Source: a virus. Taken from it: a stretch of DNA of 36,601 nucleotides. Positions 22,033 through 30,543 of this stretch are shown piece after piece (within the stretch, counting starts at the first letter, position 1; each line of letters starts with the position of its first letter). The translations under genes and the position numbers were made by a program. The stretch covers positions 1 to 36,601 of the IMG/VR virus record IMGVR_UViG_3300037104_000497; one strand, 5' to 3'. A model generated the notes under the pieces. The model had not been told where the DNA came from, searched no databases, and saw only the letters and a list, made by a program, of their open reading frames with translations.

Positions 22033-23628
22033 TTATTGATACCTTATACACTTTCTAACTAATGCTGTGGGTTGGACAAGGCTAAATGCTGCTCCCCCCC
22101 CGCCCGACCATGTAATGCCCGGATTACCGGGAGTGAAAAAATCAGCTCCAATTGCAGTAGTTCGGTTTGTAAATGCCCCACTTGCAACCGGAACATTCGC
22201 TGGAATATTACTACTTGTCAATGAAGTATTAGAAGCTCCACCTTTTAATCCAACGCCATTTATTCCGCTTAATGTCGCCCCACCATCACCGGCTGTTGTC
22301 CATCCTAGTAAGTTTGGCACATTAAATGTTGTTGATCCATCACCATTACCCCATGCAAAAAAGCGTACTATCGATGCCCCTGTAACTGTCGCATTTGCCG
22401 ACATAGTGACTGTCGTACCTACTATATTGCTAATAGTGGTTGCAGCCGGAACGCCAATCCCCTCTATTGCCATACCAATATGATAAATAGCATTTGAGGC
22501 AACCGTAAAGGTATTAACGCCGCTCGTTAATGTGACTGATTCATTCATCGTTAGTGTATTAAATAATAAATAATCACGTACTCGATCTTTAGCTGTACCA
22601 TCGCAATAGTAATAATGTTGAGGGATAATAAAACCACCATAATCAATAATGGTTCCAATAGGTACAATAGGGTAAGCCGTATTGTAGGTATGATCTATTT
22701 GGCGGTTAATTGTATCCTGTTCAAAAGATGGTTCAAATGGTTGTTCTTGAACTACAAGCTGAATACTCGTGACATAAATATCGATGTTACTTGGCAAATG
22801 TAGCAAATAATCAATATAGGCCGCTGGTGGTACATCAGGATTTGTTGAATCAGTTAATGTTGCATGACCTGTGTATTCATTCCATGCTTCATTAATGGGT
22901 ATTAAAGGTAAAATTGTCGCCAAAACTGCATTATTTGAATCAACTAACGTTGCAGAAATAGATTGAGGGCTTCCATTCAGTTTTGAAGTAATCGTAGTTG
23001 AGACAATTTTATCAGCCCATAACATACCGTTTTGCTCGAATCGTTGACGCAAAATAACCGAATCCGCAGTCCAGCCATTTAACGTGAGTTGTAGAGCATA
23101 TGGCGCATTCGACGGGTTAATATTGGAATTATTTAACGGTACCTGCGTTATTGTGACGGTGCCGGTACCAGCAAGTAAAAGCGTCCAGCCCGGGGCAAGC
23201 TCAATAGGATCGGGATCAGTGCCCGCAATCGTCACCGGATTTTGAAGACTCATTAATGCAAATTGTGGATTGGTCACTTGATTGCTTGAAGCAAATGCTA
23301 CGGTATTAATGGGTGTTGAACTACCTGATCCGGGTTCATAATTATCAACTTCATAGATTAATGGGTCTTGCTGTGTAGGGCCTTGGCGAAATTCAAGCCG
23401 ATAAAAGGTGTCTGGTTCAAAGTAAATATCAACGGGTAGCGTGCCATTAGCTAAAAATCGAATAGGGTTAGTCCAAGGCACATTTAATTCTGGATCGTGA
23501 TAAACGGTCGCAGGAATATAGGGAATAGTATTTTCAAGCACGAACATATAGAACGTGTCATCGAATAACTTCCCTTGTAAATCCACCTCTGACCAAATGG
23601 GGTTAAATCCCCGAATTCCTAATGCCAT
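22033..23628 (-). CDS. Tail fibre/spike protein with a C-terminal phage tail collar domain split by a 60-aa insert
   Basis: IIDYGGFIIPQHYYYCDGTAKDRVRDYLLFNTL ... FFAWGNGDGSTTFNVPNLLGW matches the tail-collar pattern (G..P.gw..CdG......y..Lf...G..GdG.ttF.lPdl.g). Confidence 0.7.
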   Translation of the reverse strand: MALGIRGFNPIWSEVDLQGKLFDDTFYMFVLENTIPYIPATVYHDPELNVPWTNPIRFLANGTLPVDIYFEPDTFYRLEFRQGPTQQDPLIYEVDNYEPGSGSSTPINTVAFASSNQVTNPQFALMSLQNPVTIAGTDPDPIELAPGWTLLLAGTGTVTITQVPLNNSNINPSNAPYALQLTLNGWTADSVILRQRFEQNGMLWADKIVSTTITSKLNGSPQSISATLVDSNNAVLATILPLIPINEAWNEYTGHATLTDSTNPDVPPAAYIDYLLHLPSNIDIYVTSIQLVVQEQPFEPSFEQDTINRQIDHTYNTAYPIVPIGTIIDYGGFIIPQHYYYCDGTAKDRVRDYLLFNTLTMNESVTLTSGVNTFTVASNAIYHIGMAIEGIGVPAATTISNIVGTTVTMSANATVTGASIVRFFAWGNGDGSTTFNVPNLLGWTTAGDGGATLSGINGVGLKGGASNTSLTSSNIPANVPVASGAFTNRTTAIGADFFTPGNPGITWSGGGGAAFSLVQPTALVRKCIRYQ

Positions 23629-23646
23629 GTTGATATCCTTATCAAA

Positions 23647-23796
23647 TTATTTCTTTTTAGGCTTTTTAGTTTTGCGTGCTTTGGAATAAGCAATCGCAAC
23701 CGCTTGTTTTTGAGGTTTTCCAGCGCTCATTTCACGCTTAATATTCTCCGAAAACCCGGCTCTCCCCTTCGCTTTTTGTCCGCTTATCAATGGCAT
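23647..23796 (-). CDS. Small basic protein (49 aa), below the track cutoff
   Basis: My translation is MPLISGQKAKGRAGFSENIKREMSAGKPQKQAVAIAYSKARKTKKPKKK. A perfect AAGGAG RBS lies upstream. Confidence 0.55.
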   Translation of the reverse strand: MPLISGQKAKGRAGFSENIKREMSAGKPQKQAVAIAYSKARKTKKPKKK

Positions 23797-23933
23797 TCTC
23801 GACTCCTTGTCAATTAATGCTTGCTTTTTTTACATTTTAGGCTTAACCTGTCATTTTTTGAGAGGTTATTATGGTTACTTTAATATTATTCTGTATAGCT
23901 TATGCTATCGTATCCCCAATTGTGGATGAAATG

Positions 23934-25388
23934 TCACAATAAATCTAAAATAGTTTTACCGCCAAAAGCTAAGCCGCCAGCAGCACCACCTTTTATGAAT
24001 ATATCTTTTAAAGCTTTTTTGGCGGCGTTTTTTTCCTGTAGTCCTTTAAATTGTTGAGCTGCTTCTGGATGCTGTTTTAAAAATACATTCATTGGTTTTG
24101 AAGTTGTATCTAACAAGCTCGTAGCATTTTTAGGTTCTACTCGTAAATCTTCATTTACAAGTTTACCGATCCCTTTTCCACCGGCTTCTCTTAAATTTTT
24201 ATTGTAATAAGTATCCATTATTTTTTTAAATGTATTTTTTCCCTGACGTAAGACATGAGTTATATCACCATGGCCTTTTTGAGTTAAATCATTTTCTAAT
24301 TCTTTATTAATTCTATTACGTAAATCTAAAGTATTTTCACCACGAGTTTCTATTACAGCATCTTCATTAAGTAAATCTTTTGAACCCTTTTTATAAAGAC
24401 TGCTTTGTAGTTTATGAATAGCATCATAATCACCTAATTTTGCACGGTCTACTAACTCTTTATGTGTTTTACTCTGCATTGTAGGATAATCAAGAATTTC
24501 ATCTAACGTATTAGGATTAATATTAACATTTACATTACGTTTTTTAATAGTACGTCTCACATAATCATATAATTCATCAGCCGTGTTGCTTAAAATATCA
24601 TGTGGTTTTTGGATAGCCTGAAATAAGGATTTAGGTGTTGCATCGTTAGTTAACCCACGTAAAAATACGGGTACTTGATTCGCGACAGACGAGCCTACTT
24701 TAGCTGCACCACCTAGCGTTACTGCACCAGCAGCACCAAGTGCCTTATTTACTGCATCGCCCGGTGTTGCAATAGCGCCTGTTCCCGCCAAAGCCGTCGC
24801 ATTTTGTAACGCTTTAGGTATTCCAGCAAGCTTTGTGCCACCCTTTAACATGCCAAATAGTTTACCGACTGGCCCTAACCCTCCAAGAAATTCAGCACCG
24901 GTCTGCATAGCGCTTTCAGTATCATTTTGAGGTTTAGGCAAATAATCAGTAAAATCTTGATTCGCAAAATTCTTGGCAGTCTCACCCGGAATCATGGACG
25001 CTACACCCTGAAAAGGTGTTGCAACACCTTGCATCAGTCCACCCGCCACAACCGGTATACCATTAGTATCTGCTTGAGCATTGGCAGCCATTTTTTGAAG
25101 CCGAGGGTTTTGATCCTTAGGTGTCACAGTTAGCATCATATCGCGTAACCAATTCGGCAAATTGGGATATTGTTGCGAAATTTGTTGCTTAGCCAAATCC
25201 ATTGCTTTTTTCTGATCTTCTTCAGATAAATCATTAAATGAAGTTTGCTTTCCACCTTCCAAACGTTCCAAAAGAGCTGGATCAGTAACCGGAGGGCCGT
25301 ATTTAGGCGAGTTAGAAGGTTGCGAAGACATACCTTCAAGCTCATCAATCAAACTCTGATTCGTAACGGGAGATCCATATTTAGCCAT
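23934..25388 (-). CDS. Internal virion / ejection-type protein (484 aa)
   Basis: Its position follows two other Gly/Gln-rich proteins. N-terminal tandem repeat KYG(S/P)PVT...L(I/L)(D/E)(E/R)LEG and Gly/Ala-rich segments. The function is inferred from position only. Confidence 0.45.
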   Translation of the reverse strand: MAKYGSPVTNQSLIDELEGMSSQPSNSPKYGPPVTDPALLERLEGGKQTSFNDLSEEDQKKAMDLAKQQISQQYPNLPNWLRDMMLTVTPKDQNPRLQKMAANAQADTNGIPVVAGGLMQGVATPFQGVASMIPGETAKNFANQDFTDYLPKPQNDTESAMQTGAEFLGGLGPVGKLFGMLKGGTKLAGIPKALQNATALAGTGAIATPGDAVNKALGAAGAVTLGGAAKVGSSVANQVPVFLRGLTNDATPKSLFQAIQKPHDILSNTADELYDYVRRTIKKRNVNVNINPNTLDEILDYPTMQSKTHKELVDRAKLGDYDAIHKLQSSLYKKGSKDLLNEDAVIETRGENTLDLRNRINKELENDLTQKGHGDITHVLRQGKNTFKKIMDTYYNKNLREAGGKGIGKLVNEDLRVEPKNATSLLDTTSKPMNVFLKQHPEAAQQFKGLQEKNAAKKALKDIFIKGGAAGGLAFGGKTILDLL

Positions 25389-25389
25389 A

Positions 25390-26487
25390 TTATTGGTCTC
25401 CTAAATAGGGTACCCATTGACCATTAATTTTATGGTAAGTAGTTCCTCCATCATGTACTACCTTATCAACATTACTTTTATTAGCAGGTGTCTTGGTGGC
25501 AGGCTTAGTATTTTTCCCAACCGTAAATTGCCCATCCTTAAAATCAATTTTATTTAATGTAATAGGCGATGACGCATGATTTCTATACGTTTCAGTTTCG
25601 GTATTCAATATCTTATTCAATTGTTCCCATTGAGCCTTAGCCACTTTTGGGTCTTTATACCATGTTGCAGGATTAGCTAACTTTTGTAGCCTTGCCATTG
25701 CAGTTGGCTGAATAGAATCACCATAAAATTGACGCATTTGGTCTACCATCAATGAAGCGGAATTAACTGCTTTTTGATGCGCTATATATTGATCCGATGG
25801 ATTACCTGCAACCGATTGCGCAGAATCTTTTAACCAATTTCCAGTTCCTTTTAAGCCTGAATAACGTGTTAAATCATCTGGATCAATTGAATTTCGTGTT
25901 TTATCTAAATTTTCAGCGCGTAATAATAAATTTCGCGCCTGAGCATCACTGGTTTGCTTATTAATCTTCCGTTCATAAGCGGCTCTTTCTTCAGGTGTGC
26001 GAGGGTTATTATCCGTCGTGGTAACGGGTGTTGCTGTGCCATTTGAAGCATTAGGAGTACCCACGACATTATTGCCATTTGTATCATACTCATAACCTGT
26101 ATCATTACCGGTACCTTGGTGGACACCTTTTTGGTTATGCAAAATATCTATTGCGCCTTGGCCTTTACCCTCAGCAATTTCTTTACCAAGTGGAGAAGTT
26201 GCACGAATGCCCGATGTCTGCATTAAATTATTTCGGTAATCCAGTAAAGATTGATGACCTTGTAATGCTAAATCATGCGCTGCTTTAGCCTGAACATAAC
26301 GGGGATCATCTTCACCAAATTGCTGTCGTAATTGTTCCACATACATCGCATTTGCCACATCACCGGATGGGTGAAGTTGCCCATAATATTTATTCAGCAT
26401 CATTTTATGGATTAAATCACTTCCTGTACTTAATCCTTTTGAAAATGCATCGCCCGGTTGCTCAGGCATTGGTATATCGAGAGCCAT
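25390..26487 (-). CDS. Internal virion / ejection-type protein (365 aa)
   Basis: ATG at 26487 (MALDIPMPEQPGD...) with a GGAGG RBS 2 nt after the upstream stop. The function is inferred from position. Confidence 0.45.
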   Translation of the reverse strand: MALDIPMPEQPGDAFSKGLSTGSDLIHKMMLNKYYGQLHPSGDVANAMYVEQLRQQFGEDDPRYVQAKAAHDLALQGHQSLLDYRNNLMQTSGIRATSPLGKEIAEGKGQGAIDILHNQKGVHQGTGNDTGYEYDTNGNNVVGTPNASNGTATPVTTTDNNPRTPEERAAYERKINKQTSDAQARNLLLRAENLDKTRNSIDPDDLTRYSGLKGTGNWLKDSAQSVAGNPSDQYIAHQKAVNSASLMVDQMRQFYGDSIQPTAMARLQKLANPATWYKDPKVAKAQWEQLNKILNTETETYRNHASSPITLNKIDFKDGQFTVGKNTKPATKTPANKSNVDKVVHDGGTTYHKINGQWVPYLGDQ

Positions 26488-26489
26488 GA

Positions 26490-27140
26490 TTAACCTCCAA
26501 GAAACCAATTTTTAAGGCCGCCAGCCGCACCACCCGCATCGGCTGGCCCTTTACCTATTCCACCCGTCGCAAGCCCAATTCCTGTGCCCAATAACTGACC
26601 CATTAATGTACCCGGCGCATTCTGATTTCCATAGGCCATTTGTGCAGAGTTACCCCCCATGGTCATCGCATTAGAGCCCATAGAACCCGCTGCCCCCGCA
26701 CCCGTATTGAAGATATTAGTGCCTATTTGCGTACCCGCTAGGTACTTTTGCATGAGGTTATCGAGATAGTTTTGTCTATCATCTAAGCCAATTTGGGTCG
26801 TTCCTTTTTGAATAGCATTGAGTGCTGTATTCGATCCCATCAGCCCCATACTGCTTGCCGCATCTAGTCCGTGTTCTTGTGCCATTCCTTCCGCGTTCTT
26901 GGCAGAGGGTGACTCACTATACCCATTTGTCCAATCAGCTTGTAAAGCGGCAGGATTAAGCAATTTCTGCATAGCCTGTGACAAACTGCCATGGGCATCT
27001 TGTCCAAACTGGCTATAAGGCTGCAAATAGCCTTGGCCTTGATTGTAGTATTGATCTAACTGATCTTGGCCTTTTTGATATCCCTTTTCGGGATGCAAAA
27101 AGCTATCAAACATATTCCCAACGCCGTCTAAAAAACTCAT
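26490..27140 (-). CDS. Gly/Gln-rich internal virion protein (216 aa)
   Basis: ORF track. Low-complexity G/Q/A/M-rich sequence, as seen in podovirus ejection proteins. Confidence 0.45.
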   Translation of the reverse strand: MSFLDGVGNMFDSFLHPEKGYQKGQDQLDQYYNQGQGYLQPYSQFGQDAHGSLSQAMQKLLNPAALQADWTNGYSESPSAKNAEGMAQEHGLDAASSMGLMGSNTALNAIQKGTTQIGLDDRQNYLDNLMQKYLAGTQIGTNIFNTGAGAAGSMGSNAMTMGGNSAQMAYGNQNAPGTLMGQLLGTGIGLATGGIGKGPADAGGAAGGLKNWFLGG

Positions 27141-27150
27141 GTGAAACTCC

Positions 27151-27447
27151 TTATGGATAGGCGGTCGTCGTGAATTTAACTAACGCACCGGCTTGTCTCC
27201 CTACATATTCGTTGTTCGTCGTGTCATACAACAATATACCATTACTGAGTTGTCCAGCAGTATTCATATCTGTAATTTGTGTTTGCGTGTATCCAATTGC
27301 AGTTAGCAAATTAAATGCGTTTTGGATATCGCTTGTATTTTCATTTAAAGCGTCTACCAGCACCCAAAGCCATTGTAAAAACTGTGTGTCAAACTGAGTG
27401 TTACTCGCAATCGGCACTGAATCTATTCGATCTAGAAAGATACTCAT
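27151..27447 (-). CDS. Hypothetical virion-module protein (98 aa)
   Basis: ORF track. The start overlaps the upstream stop. Confidence 0.5.
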   Translation of the reverse strand: MSIFLDRIDSVPIASNTQFDTQFLQWLWVLVDALNENTSDIQNAFNLLTAIGYTQTQITDMNTAGQLSNGILLYDTTNNEYVGRQAGALVKFTTTAYP

Positions 27448-29240
27448 TAGTTCGCCCCACCGCTCACACGTTTTGTATTACGAACGCCACCCAATATAAC
27501 AATGGGTGCAGAGGACACACACACTAATCTGTAGCACCTGTTTCGACTGCATCCCAACTCATACCATCGCATTCGCCATCGGTAGGCACCAAGGGGGCTA
27601 AACTCTCGTACGTCTGCGGGTAAATAAGATTCACCGCCGTCATCAGAATAATAAAGCTCAATATAAGGCTTAAACAGGTCACAATAATGATTGTCATCAA
27701 ACGTCGGAGTATTCGAGCCTTCCGCGATAATGTACTTGCCATCTTCCGTAAGCATGTAAATGGGGGAAAGTGGTGTACTATCTTCCCCAACAATAAAGGT
27801 AGTATTGATAAAAGGAGCGCAACTCTTATAAAAAGTTTTGTTCCCAAAAACGAAATCGATTTCAACATACTCATCTGAAAACTCCGCATAATCATCTAAA
27901 AATAATTGTTTAGTCACTAGTTCATAACGCATAGGGTATTTTAAAAATGCATCAATCGCTTGTGCATTTGGTTGATCAGGGTTTCTAAGCTCATTGTGAT
28001 AAATATTGCCTGCCATAGCGTAAATCGCAGGATCACCTTGCACAATCACTAAATGAGTATTATTGAAATAGACATGCTTTTGAATACGGTTTCGTTCACC
28101 ATTCAATTCGATACATCTTCCCCATTTTTGCGTTTCAAAGTTATATTCAATGGAGCTTGCATTCTCAATAATATCTAAATCACCCAACCCCATAAAAGTA
28201 CCCGCTGAGGCTCTATAAAATATTGTATTCTCATATTGGTATAAGAATGCATCCACATCCGTAGTAAAAAATGGGCTTAACGTATCTGGATGGTTTGAAT
28301 TTTCAAGCAAGACGTTAATCGCCTGCGTTGAAATATCTTGTGGTGTTTGGCCATTACTCATCATAAATGATACGACACCATCCGCATTCTCAGCCAGCCA
28401 CACCATCATTCCAAATCCAACCGATAAACTGTTGGGGTCGGCAATGCCAAAGTCAAAGTTATATGAACTATTCAATTTCCAAGGAAACTCACTGGTTACG
28501 CCACCCACCGTAATTTGTGTAATAATGTTAGCCCATACATCAGTTGTAAAATTACACATAATGTAAAGCTGGTTGTGTAGCACTGCAAATTGTCCAATAA
28601 CACCGGATGCGCGGCCATTGAGCGCAGCACCATTGATAGTAAAATAGGTATTCGCATTACCTGTCAAATTAATCGTACTCAGATAAAAATCTGGTGTATC
28701 AGCAACGCTTACCACAAAACGATTGCCGAATGCCGCAACATAACGAGGTTTACCACCCGTAGTTGATCCACCCGGCGCATTTGGGTCAGTTACCACAACC
28801 GCTGTTACCGTTGATCCATTTTCTGTGATCACGAAAATATTATTTCCATCCGTCATCATATTATAAACGATGGTACCAACCGCAAGCGTTGCAAACCAAA
28901 GTGGCGTACCAAGTGATACGCTAATCGGTAATACTTTTGCATTATAAAACCGGTCATACTGAATGACAGTCGTGCCATCCACTACATACAAAAAATCGAT
29001 GGATTTAAATTCAGCCCGAGGCTCAGCATTAAAAATGAGTCTATTTTCATTCAGAAAATTGATATGTTGGCGCCCCATTGCAGGGTATAGCGCTTGCTTT
29101 TTCTTAGCGGAGTCAACTTGAATGCCGTACCAATTAGCACAATCCATAGCGCCAAATTGGATAAAGCGTTGAACATCGTAATAGCAAAATATGGGCAATG
29201 GCTCGATCGCTGCTACATCCTGTTTCTGTAAAGCTGCCAT
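27447..29240 (-). CDS. Large tail hub/nozzle-type structural protein (597 aa), possibly beta-propeller-like
   Basis: ATG at 29240 overlaps the upstream stop (TAATG). The track start at 29264 is a TTG. Repetitive beta-strand-like segments are present. The function is inferred from size and position after the adaptor-like gene. Confidence 0.45.
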   Translation of the reverse strand: MAALQKQDVAAIEPLPIFCYYDVQRFIQFGAMDCANWYGIQVDSAKKKQALYPAMGRQHINFLNENRLIFNAEPRAEFKSIDFLYVVDGTTVIQYDRFYNAKVLPISVSLGTPLWFATLAVGTIVYNMMTDGNNIFVITENGSTVTAVVVTDPNAPGGSTTGGKPRYVAAFGNRFVVSVADTPDFYLSTINLTGNANTYFTINGAALNGRASGVIGQFAVLHNQLYIMCNFTTDVWANIITQITVGGVTSEFPWKLNSSYNFDFGIADPNSLSVGFGMMVWLAENADGVVSFMMSNGQTPQDISTQAINVLLENSNHPDTLSPFFTTDVDAFLYQYENTIFYRASAGTFMGLGDLDIIENASSIEYNFETQKWGRCIELNGERNRIQKHVYFNNTHLVIVQGDPAIYAMAGNIYHNELRNPDQPNAQAIDAFLKYPMRYELVTKQLFLDDYAEFSDEYVEIDFVFGNKTFYKSCAPFINTTFIVGEDSTPLSPIYMLTEDGKYIIAEGSNTPTFDDNHYCDLFKPYIELYYSDDGGESYLPADVREFSPLGAYRWRMRWYELGCSRNRCYRLVCVSSAPIVILGGVRNTKRVSGGAN

Positions 29241-30184
29241 TAGATACCAGCCCTGACTCGCCAAGAGCCATTCAGCAAACTTTGTTCATCGCCGGAAATA
29301 GACAGATTCACTTCCGATGCCGCTTCCATTTGCGCCTTCAGTTCTCGATAGTCAGCTTCTAAATCCGACGTCCATGCTCCACTTCGACCTTTGAATTTCG
29401 ATACATATTTTGCCACCGCATAGAGGAAAAATAGTTCTTGATAGTCTGGCAATCCATCCAGCGTATCATTCGCTGTCAATGGCAATTTCTGAAACTTCCC
29501 CCGACAAAAGAATTGAAAAAATTGGCTAGGTGCAGGATACAATCTTGCTCTAACCAGTTGTGTATCGGGAAAAGTAATAATAAAGCGCGGCAAGCCTTGT
29601 AATGGCTCGTATTTCCATGCCGCCAAGTATTCATCCCTGCTTTTATCAATCAGCGGATAAGTCACACCGCTTAATTGAAGCCACGCACTATCCAAGTTAG
29701 CCAATCGGCCTTCTCGTATATAGGCTATGTCTGGCGTTGCCACTTCATGTGAGAACGTTAAGACTGAGGCACCATTTAACGTTGCATTCAAGGTCATCGT
29801 GACCACGTTTCCAACAATGGTTAAAATCGTCGCTCCTAGCGGAATCCCTCCACCAGAAACACCGTCCCCTACACTGTAAATTGCACCATTTGCTACCGTA
29901 AAACTAGGTGAAACAGCAGTCAATGTGCAGGTTTCTTGCTGAGTTGTAACTGGCCCCACATAATCGGGTGAGACAAACCAAATTTCACTCACGGGTAAAT
30001 TGACATCCACAGTCACCGTTTTTGCAATGGGTAATAACAAACCCGATGAGGCATAGTTCGTTAAAATTTGATTCAACACTCGTATAGCAAGATTCTCATC
30101 ATCACCGTGCAATGGCACCGTAGGTGTTGAAGCCGTAATCAGTCGATACATTTGAAATACAAATTGTCGAACCGTGCTTGCCAT
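29240..30184 (-). CDS. Putative head-to-tail adaptor / tail hub protein (314 aa) carrying a 59-aa module shared with the tail-collar protein
   Basis: ORF track. aa 86-144 (CTLTAVSPSFTVANGAIYSVGDG...NATLNGASVLTF) are about 50 percent identical to aa 365-423 of ORF 22033..23628. Confidence 0.4.
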   Translation of the reverse strand: MASTVRQFVFQMYRLITASTPTVPLHGDDENLAIRVLNQILTNYASSGLLLPIAKTVTVDVNLPVSEIWFVSPDYVGPVTTQQETCTLTAVSPSFTVANGAIYSVGDGVSGGGIPLGATILTIVGNVVTMTLNATLNGASVLTFSHEVATPDIAYIREGRLANLDSAWLQLSGVTYPLIDKSRDEYLAAWKYEPLQGLPRFIITFPDTQLVRARLYPAPSQFFQFFCRGKFQKLPLTANDTLDGLPDYQELFFLYAVAKYVSKFKGRSGAWTSDLEADYRELKAQMEAASEVNLSISGDEQSLLNGSWRVRAGI

Positions 30185-30489
30185 TAGTTAGTCTCATTAG
30201 GTAAAAAACCGTCCTTTACTTCAAACACAGAATCATCATTCGGTAACACATCATCAAGCTCGTCTATCAGCTCAGATTTTACCTTCGACTTTGATTTTGG
30301 TTTGGTTTTTTGTTTGGGTTGAACTACTACTTCCGGTACCGTTGCAAACCAAATACCTGATTCCATCGCTGCTTCATATTTATCCCATGACTCAACCAAT
30401 CTTTTTTCACCTTTCGCGCCATAAACAAATGTGCGAAATTTTTCTTTATCAACAATTCGGCCTAGATAGGTTGCTGGTGTTCCTTTCAT
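30184..30489 (-). CDS. Hypothetical head-module protein (101 aa) with a Lys-rich centre and acidic tail
   Basis: ORF track. First gene after the coat terminator. Confidence 0.5.
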   Translation of the reverse strand: MKGTPATYLGRIVDKEKFRTFVYGAKGEKRLVESWDKYEAAMESGIWFATVPEVVVQPKQKTKPKSKSKVKSELIDELDDVLPNDDSVFEVKDGFLPNETN

Positions 30490-30502
30490 CTTTTCACCTC
30501 TT

Positions 30503-30532
30503 TACAAAACGACGCCCTCATTTCTGAGGGCG
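30503..30532 (-). terminator. Intrinsic (probably leaky) terminator immediately after the major capsid gene
   Basis: Minus sense reads CGCCCTCA-GAAA-TGAGGGCG followed by TCGTTTTGT. The stem is 8 bp with a GAAA tetraloop, 11 nt after the coat stop. Confidence 0.7.
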
Positions 30533-30543
30533 ACTAATTTAGC

